Shown piece after piece: positions 13,669 through 25,785 of a DNA stretch of 64,000 nt (its first letter is position 1; each line of letters opens with the position of its first letter). The DNA is taken from contig NIVC01001499.1 in NCBI GenBank assembly GCA_002269645.1, forward strand, positions 310,001-374,000, given 5' to 3'. This DNA comes from Macrostomum lignano (lineage: Eukaryota). The translations under genes and the position numbers were made by a program. Under the pieces are notes generated by a model. It did not search any database, was not told where the DNA came from, and saw nothing but the letters and a program-made list of their open reading frames with translations.

Positions 13669-13743
13669 GTAAGCCGCTTTTTCTCGCTTCTTTTATTAAA
13701 GTTCGACGCATCGACACAAGCTTTGAGTTTGCATTCGTTTCAG

Positions 13744-13811
13744 TTGCCGGGCAGAGATTCCAACGATACCGAGACACAACGACAGCAACAAGATCCAGCT
13801 GGATGTCTACT
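13744..13811 (+). CDS. Nephrin-like IgSF, exon F
   Basis: 75-nt intron, ttcag|TTGCC, TACT|gtaag; FCRAEIP..KIQLDVY completes the Ig domain. Confidence 0.85.
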
Positions 13812-13847
13812 GTAAGTGTCATTTTAACATCGTGCCAGTAGTTGATT

Positions 13848-14125
13848 ATTTCTTTTTTAGTGATTACACCTGCCCTAATGGGCAGAGGTGCAACCGACAG
13901 CTCAGCCGCAGCTATTGCGCGGTGCATCGTCCAAGGACTGGGTAGTCGCCACCCACACTTAATTACCCCAGCTAATGCTGGCACCCATTTTACAGCTGGG
14001 TGAACTGAAGCAATGCAGAGTTAAGTGTCTTGCTCAAAGACACAAATTGTTCCGAGTGGGTCGGGAATCGAACCCCCGACCTTCAAGTCGTACGTCCGAT
14101 GCTCTGATAACCACTAGGCTACGAG
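13848..14125 (-). mobile_element. tRNA-derived CORE-like SINE (family 1)
   Basis: same head, CORE-like block and 3' part as the 12263-12005 copy; A-rich tail. Confidence 0.8.
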
Positions 14126-14220
14126 TACAACCATCGACGATACAAAAAGTTTCCAGTTTTTTAAAACTAAATTATGAATATCTCACGCCATCCAACAATA
14201 AATCTGACAATTCATTCCAG

Positions 14221-15230
14221 TCCCGCCGGTCAAGCTGGAGCCGATAACACTGAAGAATCTCCCAGTCAACCCGGAATCCGCCACCACCAGCGCAGCCGAA
14301 TTCGCGGAAAATGACGAACTACGCGCGGTTTGTCACGGCACGGGTTCGAATCCTAAGATGACGTTCACCTGGCAGTTATCCTATTGCCTTCGCGACGACG
14401 GGCTCAGCTGTATGCGGTCAGACACCGAGCTGGAGCAGCTCAAACCCGACCAGTCCGGTCTCAAGCACTGGCCAAGCGTTGAGCACAAAGGTTTCGACGG
14501 GCAGAGTTTGGTTCAGTTCCGCTTGACCGCCAGGCACAATCTGGCTCAGCTGATCTGCAAGGCCAGCAATCCACAATATCCGGCCATCGTGCTGAAGTCC
14601 ATGGCAACTCTGAGGGTCCGTCATCGCCCAGTAATCTACGGTCTGGGCCGCGAGATGTCCATTATGCAGAATAGTCTGGAGGGTCGTTCGGTTACGATTC
14701 GAGCCAATCCCAGGCTGACGCCAGGCTCTGTGCGTGTCTACAGGCACCTGGCAACTACGATCGGAGTTGGCAGCGATCGGAAAATCAGCGACAAGGTTCG
14801 CTACGCAGATGGTACTCTGTTCTTTGAGAATTTAACAACCAAAGACGCCGGTCGGTACTCGCTGGAGGCCAGCAATCAACTGGGCCTTGGCAGTCACAAC
14901 TTTGACGTGATTGTTCGCACTCCGCTGCGCATTGCTCGTCTTGCTGTACAGGGCGAGTCCGCGCACCTGGACGAACGAACGTATTTTATTAATAACCGAC
15001 ATTCAAGCGTTTGGTCAGCTAAAATTGAGGCTAAAATTATTGGCTCGTCAATCGTTCTGACCAGCTCCGGGAGCAGTGCTCAATGGAAAATTCCCGTCAG
15101 GAGGCGGCAATTTCGAAGCGGCCGAGAAGTGTTTGAAACAGTATCCTCCACTCTGCGACTTGGCTGTCACGAGCATCTGGACGGCTACACCGTGGCTTGC
15201 TGGGGTGCCGACGCGGATGGTGCAGAGCTG
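14221..15230 (+). CDS. Nephrin-like IgSF, exon G (about 3 Ig domains)
   Basis: tccag|TCCCG in frame with ORF 14358-15239; CTG|gtgcgt donor, phase 0; motifs LRAVC..FTW, LICKASN, DAGRYSLEASN. Confidence 0.85.
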
Positions 15231-15250
15231 GTGCGTTGAAACGATAAATG

Positions 15251-15858
15251 GATTGTCATGGGAATAGATTGTCATGGGAGTAGATTGACATGGGAATACA
15301 TTGTCATGGGAGTAGATTTTCATGGGCATAGATTGTCATGGGAGTAGATTGTCATGGGCATAGATTGTCATGGGAGTAGATTGTCATGGGAGTAGATTGT
15401 CATGGGAATAGATTGTCATGGGAGTATATTGTCATGGGAATAGATTGTCATGGGAGTAGATTGTCATGGGAATAGATTGTCATGGGAGTAGATTGTCATG
15501 GGAATAGATTGTCATGGGAGTAGATTGTCATGGGAGTAGATTGTCATGGGAATAGATTGTCATGGGAGTAGATTGTCATGGGAATAGATTGTCATGGGAG
15601 TAGATTGTCATGGGAGTAGATTGTCATGGGAGTAGATTGTCATGGGAATAGATTGTCATGGGATTAGATTGTCATGGGAGTAGATTGTCATGGGAGTAGA
15701 TTGTCATGGGAGTAGATTGTCATGGGAGTAGATTGTCATGGGAGTAGATTGTCATGGGAGTAGATTGTCATGGGAATAGATTGTCATGGGAGTAGATTTT
15801 CATGGGAGTAGATTGTCATGGGAGTAGATTGTCATGGGAGTAGATTGTCATTGGAATA
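15251..15858. repeat. 16-bp minisatellite (GGGA[G/A]TAGATTGTCAT)n
   Basis: direct reading. Confidence 0.97.
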
Positions 15859-16345
15859 GATGGTACAGCGCTGGTGCGTTGAAACGAGATTTAGTCTGCT
15901 TCTGGGAGTACAGAAAATTTCTTTGACTGAAAAAATGGATTATTCAATTTTCTACTTGGATTACTTTCTCTGGGACAAAAAAGTTGATCACTTCACAGAA
16001 CTTCTCACTTCAGGACGCCAGCCGTAACCTGAGATGACTCTATCCGTAGTCTTGTGAATTTAAATACAGGTGGAAAATGAAACCGCTTTCGGGAACCTTT
16101 GCAGGCCACTTCTCAGCGCCCTGCTCATTGAACTCAGACTCATATTTCAATTATCCCACTAGTAGTTAACTATTTTTTCAAGATCAAAGAGAGTATTGAT
16201 CTTGAAAAAGTCCAATTTCCAGACTTAAGTCAACAATCAGTCCTTAGATGGATCAATCTAACGGTTTAATTAACAATTCTCTGAATTTCTTTATGTCTTG
16301 GAAAAAATCGATACAACTGCAAAAAACATGCGATTCTCCGCACAG

Positions 16346-17084
16346 AAAGAAGCAAGCGTCGTACTGCTAGTGTCCAACCTCACCGAGGCCAACATGGGCG
16401 AGTACGGCCTGACAGTCCACAACGGCGTAGGCCAGCCGCACGAGCGAACTGTTCGTCTCTACCCGGCGCTCGAGCCGCCCGAGATTCGACCAGAGCACAG
16501 AGGCGGCCGCTTGGCAGTCGGCCCTGGCGACAATGCCACTCTGGTCTGCACTGTAGCTGGCATCCCGCCCGTCAAGGTCACCTGGTCGAAACGGCTGCCG
16601 CAAGGTGACGGAGAATTCGCACCGCTGACTACTAACTCGAAGCAGAAATTGATGCGCACTTGGCACAAGAATCTTTCTGACGCTTTGTACTCGAGTTGGT
16701 ACTTGAGTATCTCGCCAGTGCAGCTGCCTGACGACCTCGGAGTCTACCGGTGCACCATCGACTGCGCCAACTGCTCAGCTGCGCGGGAAAAACCGCAGAA
16801 ATCATCGCCAAACGTGGCCGCCATGATCGACGTAACAAAGCAGTCGCCGCCGGACCCGCCGTCAGTCTTCTACGTGTTCAATTTAACGTCAACTTCGGCC
16901 CTGGTCACCTGGCGGCCGGGCCACAATGGCGGCTCCAGGCAAACGTTTCGAGTGGGCTGTCGCAGAGCCGTCAGTGGCGACGCAGGCATCGGGAACGGCA
17001 GAAGATCAAATGACGGAGGCGGCTACGTAGAATACGACGTTGTGGACCACATGGATCAGGAGTTGCTCACGCTGGATATTCCGA
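16346..17084 (+). CDS. Nephrin-like IgSF, exon H (Ig + start of FN3)
   Basis: cacag|AAAGA, CCGA|gtaag; MGEYGLTVHN, LVCTVAG.P..VTW, DLGVYRC, PPDPP..LTSTSALVTWRPGHNGGSRQTFRV. Confidence 0.88.
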
Positions 17085-17716
17085 GTAAGATCGTCTACTT
17101 CTGGGCATTTAGTAGAGAATTTAGGTTATGTAAAGCGCATCTCTTGCATACAAGTTACCATCACTTCTATTGATCACTGCTTCGAATGTGTGCACATGCA
17201 CCTCAGCGGTTATCGCCTCAGTACTTTTATCGAGCTTAAACTTTTTCTTACAAACTCGAAACATCATAACGGTCGGAATACTGAAGTTTCGAGCTAATGA
17301 AAAAGCAACGGAGATTCGTACTTTTACAACAATATGAAGCTTTGATCTTTCAAACTACATTTAACCTTTGAAATCGCATATTCGGACTCAAAATTTTACT
17401 GTTGAAAGACTATTTTGGGTAAAAATTTTGGACAAAATATAGCTACGCTACGAGGTCCCGTAGAGGTCAGGGAGAACTAAAGATTTTTTGGAATTGATTT
17501 CTACTCAAGTCGGTCTCCTATATTGGGGAGTAACCTTGACTTTCAAACAAACGCTAACTATTATTAGATGCAGGTTATAGCTAGGTCTACTGCAGGAACT
17601 TATAGAAAATTGGTAGGCTAAAACAACTTTTTTTGTTTAAATAGACGCCGTCTTCAGATTGAGTTTGTCAAACCGTGTTGACATGAACTTTTCTGGAAAT
17701 TGAATTTCTTCTGCAG

Positions 17717-17821
17717 ACCTGATGCCAGCAACGGCATACGAACTGAGACTCACTGCTCGAAACGACCTGTTCCCGAACCACACGGTGCGTTACGGTCGGC
17801 TGGTGACTTTCATTACTCAAG
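17717..17821 (+). CDS. Nephrin-like IgSF, exon I (FN3 end)
   Basis: tgcag|ACCTG, CAAG|gtaag; NLMPATAYELRLTARN matches the FN3 L.P.T.Y..A.N motif. Confidence 0.85.
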
Positions 17822-18499
17822 GTAAGCTAGATTGATTCATATTTGCTCTTATAGTTTTTTCCCTTTGCCGAGTGCAAATCAATGCAACTTTGAGCTTGAG
17901 TAAAGTTAATGATGCTGAAACCTGAGAATGAGAGCTAGCTGCTCATTACTCTAAAACAGCACTCCACAGGGTTCTTGAGAAAATGAGAATATCAGTTGTT
18001 TTGCAGGGACACACTATGTCATAGTTAATCAGCAGGGCGAACATGTCGTGCTTGGTGTGTACCTCGTATAAGCAGTGGATGGGCACTCGCGGACAAGACC
18101 ATCCCTTCTTCTTACTGTCTATGGTTGAAATCGCGAGCAGCAAGGATTGAAAGGAGGAAGTTCTTCCAGCTCTTATCTTTTTATCTATTCCATCTGACCC
18201 TCTCCTCTCTACCCTAATCTGTCCCCGCAGTCATGCCACTAGATTCTCTATCTGGCCCTTGAGGTACAAATGTATGCGACCTCTGGCGTATAGTATGCCT
18301 ACAGTAAGCTACTTACAGTAGCGAGAACCGGCCTTATAAGAGTCGTTCGTCAACTGCACCAAGTTGACAAAAATTTTACATCCTTTTAGAATATTTCTCT
18401 TCAAAGATGTTTTTATAGCGTTTAAAGGTTGCCTACCAGCATCGCTATTTTTGGCGCGAATTTGAAATTCGATTACTCTATATAGGTATCTACAGCCAG

Positions 18500-18945
18500 T
18501 GCATTTTCCTACCAAATCGACAGACGATCCAAATCGACGATTGCCCAGCCAGCACCTGGAAGCTGAGCACAGCGCTCGCAGCCTGCTCATTGCCGGCTCA
18601 GCTCTGGTTGGCATAATCATCATTCTCGCCAGCCTGCTGTACATCCTGCACCTGGTTCAGCGTCGAAAAGGCACGCCGAGCAGAGATCCGCACAGGCGGC
18701 ATCAGCCAGACGACGGCATTGACGACGAGTTTCAAGCGTTCCAGCAGCAGTTCCAGCCGCTGCAGCAGCAACATCCGCATCTGATGACGTCAACGTTGCA
18801 GCCGCCGCCGCCGCCCCAGACTTCGCGATTTGGTCAACAGCTTCATCACGGAGGCGGCGGCTACTTGAGCAGCGGCGGCACCCTGACTTTGGCGGCGAGC
18901 CATCAGCCGAACCCGCCGAGTTTTGGTCCGACCAGCATTCTGTGA
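18500..18945 (+). CDS. Nephrin-like IgSF, exon J (TM + cytoplasmic tail)
   Basis: phase-1 acceptor ccag|TGCAT; TM LLIAGSALVGIIIILASLLYIL followed by RRK, Q/P/G-rich tail, TGA; exact 5' boundary uncertain (a phase-0 acceptor also exists at 18496). Confidence 0.75.
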
Positions 18946-19005
18946 TGCTGGCGAGTGGCACCGGCCCAGAGCTTCGGAGCTTTTCCACCGATTTCGAATT
19001 TAAAG

Positions 19006-22000
19006 ACACACGGACAGACACAATGACAGACAGGCAGACTCTCTAAGACACACACACGGACAGACACAATGACAGACAGGCAGACTCTCTAAGACACACA
19101 CACGGACAGACACAATGACAGACAGGCAGACTCTCTAAGACACACACACGGACAGACACAAGGACAGACAGGCAGACTCTCTAAGACACACACATGGACA
19201 GACACAATGACAGACAGGCAGACTCTCTAAGACACACGGACAGACACAATGACAGACAGGCAGACTCTCTAAGACACACACACGGACAGACACAATGACA
19301 GACAGGCAGACTCTCTAAGACACACACATGGACAGACACAATGACAGACAGGCAGACTCTCTAAGACACACACACGGACAGACACAATGACAGACAGGCA
19401 GACTCTCTAAGACACACACACGGACAGACACAATGACAGACAGGCAGACTCTCTAAGACAAACACATGGACAGACACAATGACAGACAGGCAGACTCTCT
19501 AAGACACACACACGGACAGACACAATGACAGACAGGCAGACTCTCTAAGACACACACACGGACAGACACAATGACAGACAGGCAGACTCTCTAAGACAAA
19601 CACATGGACAGACACAATGACAGGCAGGCAGACTCTCTAAGACAAACACATGGACAGACACAATGACAGGCAGGCAGACTCTCTAAGACAAACACATGGA
19701 CAGACACAATGACAGACAGGCAGACTCTCTAAGACACATGGGCAGACACAGTGACAGACAGGCAGACTCTCTAAGACACACACATGGACAGACACAATGA
19801 CAGACAGGCAGACTCTCTAAGACACATGGACAGACACAATGACAGACAGGCAGACTCTCTAAGACACATGGACAGACACAATGACAGACAGGCAGACTCT
19901 CTAAGACACATGGACAGACACAATGACAGACAGGCAGACTCTCTAAGACAAACACATGGACAGACACAATGACAGGCAGGCAGACTCTCTAAGACAAACA
20001 CATGGACAGACACAATGACAGGCAGGCAGACTCTCTAAGACAAACACATGGACAGACACAATGACAGACAGGCAGACTCTCTAAGACACACACACGGACA
20101 GACACAATGACAGACAGGCAGACTCTCTAAGACACATGGGCAGACACAGTGACAGACAGGCAGACTCTCTAAGACACACACATGGACAGACACAATGACA
20201 GACAGGCAGACTCTCTAAGACACATGGACAGACACAATGACAGACAGGCAGACTCTCTAAGACACATGGACAGACACAATGACAGACAGGCAGACTCTCT
20301 AAGACACATGGACAGACACAATGACAGACAGGCAGACTCTCTAAGACAAACACATGGACAGACACAATGACAGACAGGCAGACTCTCTAAGACACACACA
20401 CGGACAGACACAATGACAGACAGGCAGACTCTCTAAGACACACACACGGACAGACACAATGACAGACAGGCAGACTCTCTAAGACACACACATGGACAGA
20501 CACAATGACAGACAGGCAGACTCTCTAAGACACACACACGGACAGACACAATGACAGACAGGCAGACTCTCTAAGACACACACATGGACAGACACAATGA
20601 CAGACAGGCAGACTCTCTAAGACACACACACGGACAGACACAATGACAGACAGGCAGACTCTCTAAGACACACACACGGACAGACACAATGACAGACAGG
20701 CAGACTCTCTAAGACACACACACGGACAGACACAATGACAGACAGGCAGACTCTCTAAGACAAACACATGGACAGACACAATGACAGGCAGGCAGACTCT
20801 CTAAGACAAACACATGGACAGACACAATGACAGGCAGGCAGACTCTCTAAGACACATGGGCAGACACAATGACAGACAGGCAGACTCTCTAAGACACACA
20901 CATGGACAGACACAATGACAGACAGGCAGACTCTCTAAGACACACACACGGACAGACACAATGACAGACAGGCAGACTCTCTAAGACACACACATGGACA
21001 GACACAATGACAGACAGGCAGACTCTCTAAGACACACACACGGACAGACACAATGACAGACAGGCAGACTCTCTAAGACACACACACGGACAGACACAAT
21101 GACAGACAGGCAGACTCTCTAAGACACACACACGGACAGACACAATGACAGACAGGCAGACTCTCTAAGACAAACACATGGACAGACACAATGACAGGCA
21201 GGCAGACTCTCTAAGACAAACACATGGACAGACACAATGACAGGCAGGCAGACTCTCTAAGACAAACACATGGACAGACACAATGACAGACAGGCAGACT
21301 CTCTAAGACACATGGGCAGACACAGTGACAGACAGGCAGACTCTCTAAGACACACACATGGACAGACACAATGACAGACAGGCAGACTCTCTAAGACACA
21401 TGGACAGACACAATGACAGACAGGCAGACTCTCTAAGACACATGGACAGACACAATGACAGACAGGCAGACTCTCTAAGACACATGGACAGACACAATGA
21501 CAGACAGGCAGACTCTCTAAGACAAACACATGGACAGACACAATGACAGGCAGGCAGACTCTCTAAGACAAACACATGGACAGACACAATGACAGGCAGG
21601 CAGACTCTCTAAGACAAACACATGGACAGACACAATGACAGACAGGCAGACTCTCTAAGACACACACACGGACAGACACAATGACAGGCAGGCAGACTCT
21701 CTAAGACACACACATGGACAGACACAATGACAGACAGGCAGACTCTCTAAGACACATGGGCAGACACAGTGACAGACAGGCAGACTCTCTAAGACACACA
21801 CATGGACAGACACAATGACAGACAGGCAGACTCTCTAAGACACATGGGCAGACACAGTGACAGACAGGCAGACTCTCTAAGACACACACATGGACAGACA
21901 CAATGACAGACAGGCAGACTCTCTAAGACACATGGACAGACACAATGACAGACAGGCAGACTCTCTAAGACACATGGACAGACACAATGACAGACAGGCA

Positions 22001-22385
22001 GACTCTCTAAGACACATGGACAGACACAATGACAGACAGGCAGACTCTCTAAGACACATGGACAGACACAATGACAGACAGGCAGACTCTCTAAGACACA
22101 CACATGGACAGACACAGTGACAGACAGGCAGACTCTCTAAGACAAACACATGGACAGACACAATGACAGACAGGCAGACTCTCTAAGACACATGGACAGA
22201 CACAATGACAGACAGGCAGACTCTCTAAGACACACACATGGACAGACACAGTGACAGACAGACAGACTCTCTAAGACACATGGACGGACACAATGACAGA
22301 CAGGCAGACTCTCTAAGACACATGGACAGACACAATGACAGACAGGCAGACTCTCTAAGACACATGGGCAGACACAATCACAGAC
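19006..22385. repeat. 46/42-bp satellite (GACAGACACAATGACAGACAGGCAGACTCTCTAAGACACACACATG)n
   Basis: direct reading; identical variant blocks recur at offsets 398 and 1176. Confidence 0.97.
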
Positions 22386-23636
22386 AATCTGCATTTCTGC
22401 AATTCTCACCAAACCATCCAATGGCTGCTTATATTGACAGTACATGTAACCGCATCAAACGCGTTAAATGGAGTTTATAGGCAACACCAACTAAGTATTT
22501 AAAACAGGCGAGCTATATGCTAAATTCAGACTTGGCTATAATTCAGTCAGTATTGCATCATTATAATAGCAACTTTTTACTCGAGATTCTGACTAGATTT
22601 TCTCTAACAGATTCTGAGTACCCATTATCTTGAAAACATTATTGTCCAGTCCAACACAGAAAATATGCTCATTTAAACACCTTTTTCCTACATGCAATGG
22701 TTTATTGTGATTCAAAGAGCAAGAAAACATATCATTGACTTGAATCAATTACCCTCTCATCTCCGTTGCTTTTCCTGTATAATTAAGTACCTATAAAAAT
22801 GAAAACAATTTTAATAACGAATGAAATTTGACACTTTAGCTTTTAATTGTAGCTCATATCGTAGTATGTTTAATTGTTTTTGTTTTATTCTGCGATTAGA
22901 TGCATTATTATTATGCTTAGATAAATTTATAACCGGCTGCTAATTAAGTTGAAATTAGTTTGTAGCCTATTATAATATTTAATTTGTTTCATAACTGTTT
23001 TTTGCTCCTGCTGACATGTTTTCAGCAAGCTTCTCCGGTTGCGCCGTGGACACCTGAAATGGAAAAACGTGCCACACTCGAATTTCTTAGAAACGTGCCA
23101 GAGCTTATTAAGGAACGTCATATTTGTCGTCGTGTCGCCAGTGCATTCAATATGCTCCAAGAGCTGAATGGGGTTTTAGCATAGACAAATTCAGGGTGAA
23201 AAAAGTGCTTATAGCGTTGATCCAGATAGGAGAGGTAGAGAAGTGGAGATCAGTGAAGAGATATGGGATGAGAGAAGAGAAAAGAGAGAAGAGAAAAGAG
23301 AGAAGAGGGGAAAGAAAAGAGAATTAGAGGGGGCCGGATTGCTATTGTGAAGTTTCTAAGGACCCGAGGGCCGGATAGAGAGGCTTTTGCGGGCCGGATC
23401 GTTGGCAACTATATAAATGCCTTACCAGCCTCTTGCTCATTTTTTAAGAAATCGAATGTTCAGCGTCCTACTACTTCCGTTGTTCACGGTTTGCGCCCAT
23501 TCGACTAAGCTATCGACCAGCGAAATATATATGACCTGTATTGATTTGTTTGATGACTAAAATTTCCATATTTCTTGGTGTTTAATCTCTTGAAACTTCA
23601 TTAACAGTGACAATGACAAGCCGCTTTTTAGACTTG

Positions 23637-24309
23637 GTGAGTATGTCCAGAGGTTCACCAGATTGCCGTGGGAATAGATTATTATGGGAATAGATTGTCA
23701 TGGGAATAGATTGTCATGAGAATAGATTTTCATAAGAATAGATTGTCATTGGAATAGATTGTCATGGGAATAGACTGTCATGGGAATAGATTGTCATGGG
23801 AATAGATTGTCATGGGGAATAAATTTTCATGGGATTTACAGGGATTTACATGGGATTTACAGTACAGGTGCTGTCTCTCTTTTAAAGCAACGATATGCCT
23901 ATTTTCAAGGAATAAATCTCCAGTGCTATTGCTGGAGTCGAATGCGGTTTTCTACCGATAAAATTTACAAAGTTTCCAAAGGTTTTCCGTCAGTTTGCAG
24001 CGTAGCCTATAGATCAGAGCGTAGAGTAGTGTCCTGAATGGTAGTCAATTGAAATAGTAACCCTTTTAAGTCGTTTGAAATAAATGTTGTTGCACTTCCA
24101 GTCCAAATGCTAATAATTAGAAGTCCATGAGCTGTAGGCTTGAAAGCCCTATTCATGTATTATAGTCTATGGTAGTTTAAACAATTACCAAACTTTAAAA
24201 TACAGTTATTTAATGCGCATGAAAGCCCTGTGAAAGCTTTATTTTGCTGTTTTGCTTGAGCTAATTTAGAAGCACTTCATCACAAGATAATTAACTAGCC
24301 GGTTACCAG
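23637..24309 (+). other. Probable 5'UTR intron of the membrane-protein gene
   Basis: TTG|gtgagt donor, accag|AGCAACAATG acceptor 7 nt before ATG; contains the 16-bp minisatellite. Confidence 0.5.
23670..23822. repeat. 16-bp minisatellite (GGGAATAGATTGTCAT)n, same family as 15251-15858
   Basis: direct reading. Confidence 0.9.
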
Positions 24310-24316
24310 AGCAACA

Positions 24317-25419
24317 ATGAGCTTTCATCAGTACCCGAGCGGCCTAAGACAGAGGCGCAGTGTCCAACCAATGCCATCCGACACAGCCGAGTTCACTGGC
24401 AATCATAATAGCATTGACGAGCGCACAATACTGAAGCTATTCGGCAGACCGACTTTGTCCAGCTGTATGTATCGGGCTAGCGACTTTTTGAGCTTCCTGT
24501 ACCAGTGCCTGACCAGCATTGGACCCAAGCTGTTTATTGTGATTGCATTTCCAGCTGCAATTGTCTTCTTTGTCGCGTACGCTACTGAAAGATTCAACGC
24601 ACTGATGGGCACTGACAAGCCAAACAATCAAAAAGTGTTGCAATTCAACTTTATTGTCATCTGCAGCTGTTACTCGCTCATCTTCTTCGTTGTGGCCGTG
24701 GACTATTTTAAGATTCTTAGTATTTCTCGAACCGCCATCGAGATCCGGAGGCAGCATCACAGCCAGCAGAAGGCCATTGCGGCGGAGACCGTTTCCGAGA
24801 GCCGGCACAAGATCACAACGCAGGAGTTGCATAAAATAGCAGTGCATGGTCAAATTGTCAATGAAACACCAGAATTAAACGATGGAGATGCAGAAGAGCC
24901 GAATTATGCTACTTCAAGTAGGCTGACTGTTGATAGAGAAGCGGAATTGCAAAGCAATTCAGCCGTGCAGCCTAGCTCTGAGCAGCGGTCTAACAGTGAG
25001 GAATTGTCCACCTGGTGGGGTTCCTACTCTATACTCAGGCTGAATCTGCACTGCTTCATCTATCAGATTAAAAGTACATTCAAGCTGATGCTCAGTCCAA
25101 ACAGGCAGAGAAAAAACAGTCACAGGCGCCGCCGAACTCACGGACTGAACCATTACCTGCTGCAGCTGGTCAAGGGCAACTTCGCAAGGCTATCGATCGG
25201 CCTCATACTGCTCGTCATCGCGAGTTGTACTCTGGTTGGCTTAAAAAAATTTCACAACCGGCCGGCAAAGTCGCAGCGTTCCGATTGGCTGATTAAAAGA
25301 GCATGGTGGAACGGCTCACTGGCTGGGTACCTGACGCTGCACTTTGTCATGCTGATTGCCGTGGCAGCTGTTGTCTCAAAAACTCCATCGAAGATTAATA
25401 TACTCCGGATTATTAGCAG
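24317..25419 (+). CDS. Uncharacterised multi-pass membrane protein, exon 1
   Basis: ATG with upstream in-frame TAG; several hydrophobic helices; donor AGCAG|gttaat, phase 2. Confidence 0.75.
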
Positions 25420-25421
25420 GT

Positions 25422-25771
25422 TAATAATAATATTATTATTCCCAGGAGCTATAGGGTTGCGGGGCACCCTGACGCAACGCCTTCGGCGACATCGGTCCCA
25501 CAGCCAGCGCTGACGGCAATTCTGCCCATTCCACTGACTCCTGAGCACATGCAAGCGCGCCAACACTGTACTCAGAGTACGCACTCATTCACACGCTCAC
25601 ACAGGGTGTATAGCGGCCCATTGACTTTCTAATCGTCAAACATGTACACTCTCTGTGCTTTAGGGATTGGTCCTCATGGGTGTGGATCGTACGACAACCC
25701 CTTGGCCAGTGTCGTGACGTGACGTGCGTCGCCAGAGAGTCAGACGTATTTACCACTGAGCTGCTCCATCC
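25422..25771 (-). mobile_element. tRNA-derived SINE family 2 (divergent copy) filling an intron
   Basis: head GGATGGAGCAGCTCAGTGGTA; body blocks CTGCCCATTCC.CTGACTCC.TGAGC, CACACAGG.GTGTA and GCACCCTG.CGCAA shared with 55900-56060; (AAT)n tail. Confidence 0.7.
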
Positions 25772-25785
25772 ACTCTGCATTACAG

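Noticed and set aside
13427-13984. 185-aa - strand ORF
   Set aside because: Composite of a SINE and the antisense of exons E and F.
18620-19045. Antisense ORF and a second open + frame over the nephrin-like tail
   Set aside because: Typical shadow frames of GC-rich low-complexity coding DNA; no start or splice support.
19683-22480. MDRHNDRQ / CLRESA repeat ORFs
   Set aside because: Products of the 42/46-bp satellite.
23019-23184. Candidate terminal exon QASPVAPWTPEMEKRATLEFL.. with a good acceptor
   Set aside because: No phase-0 donor found upstream in the nephrin-like last exon; cannot be assigned to a gene.
23325-23415. hAT-like remnant (repeated GGGCCGGAT, ending GTTGGCAACTATA)
   Set aside because: Only one end visible, no matching TIR or TSD.
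25420-25513. C-terminus of ORF 24317-25513 (LIIILLFPGAIGLRG..)
   Set aside because: Read-through into the intronic SINE tail after the phase-2 donor.
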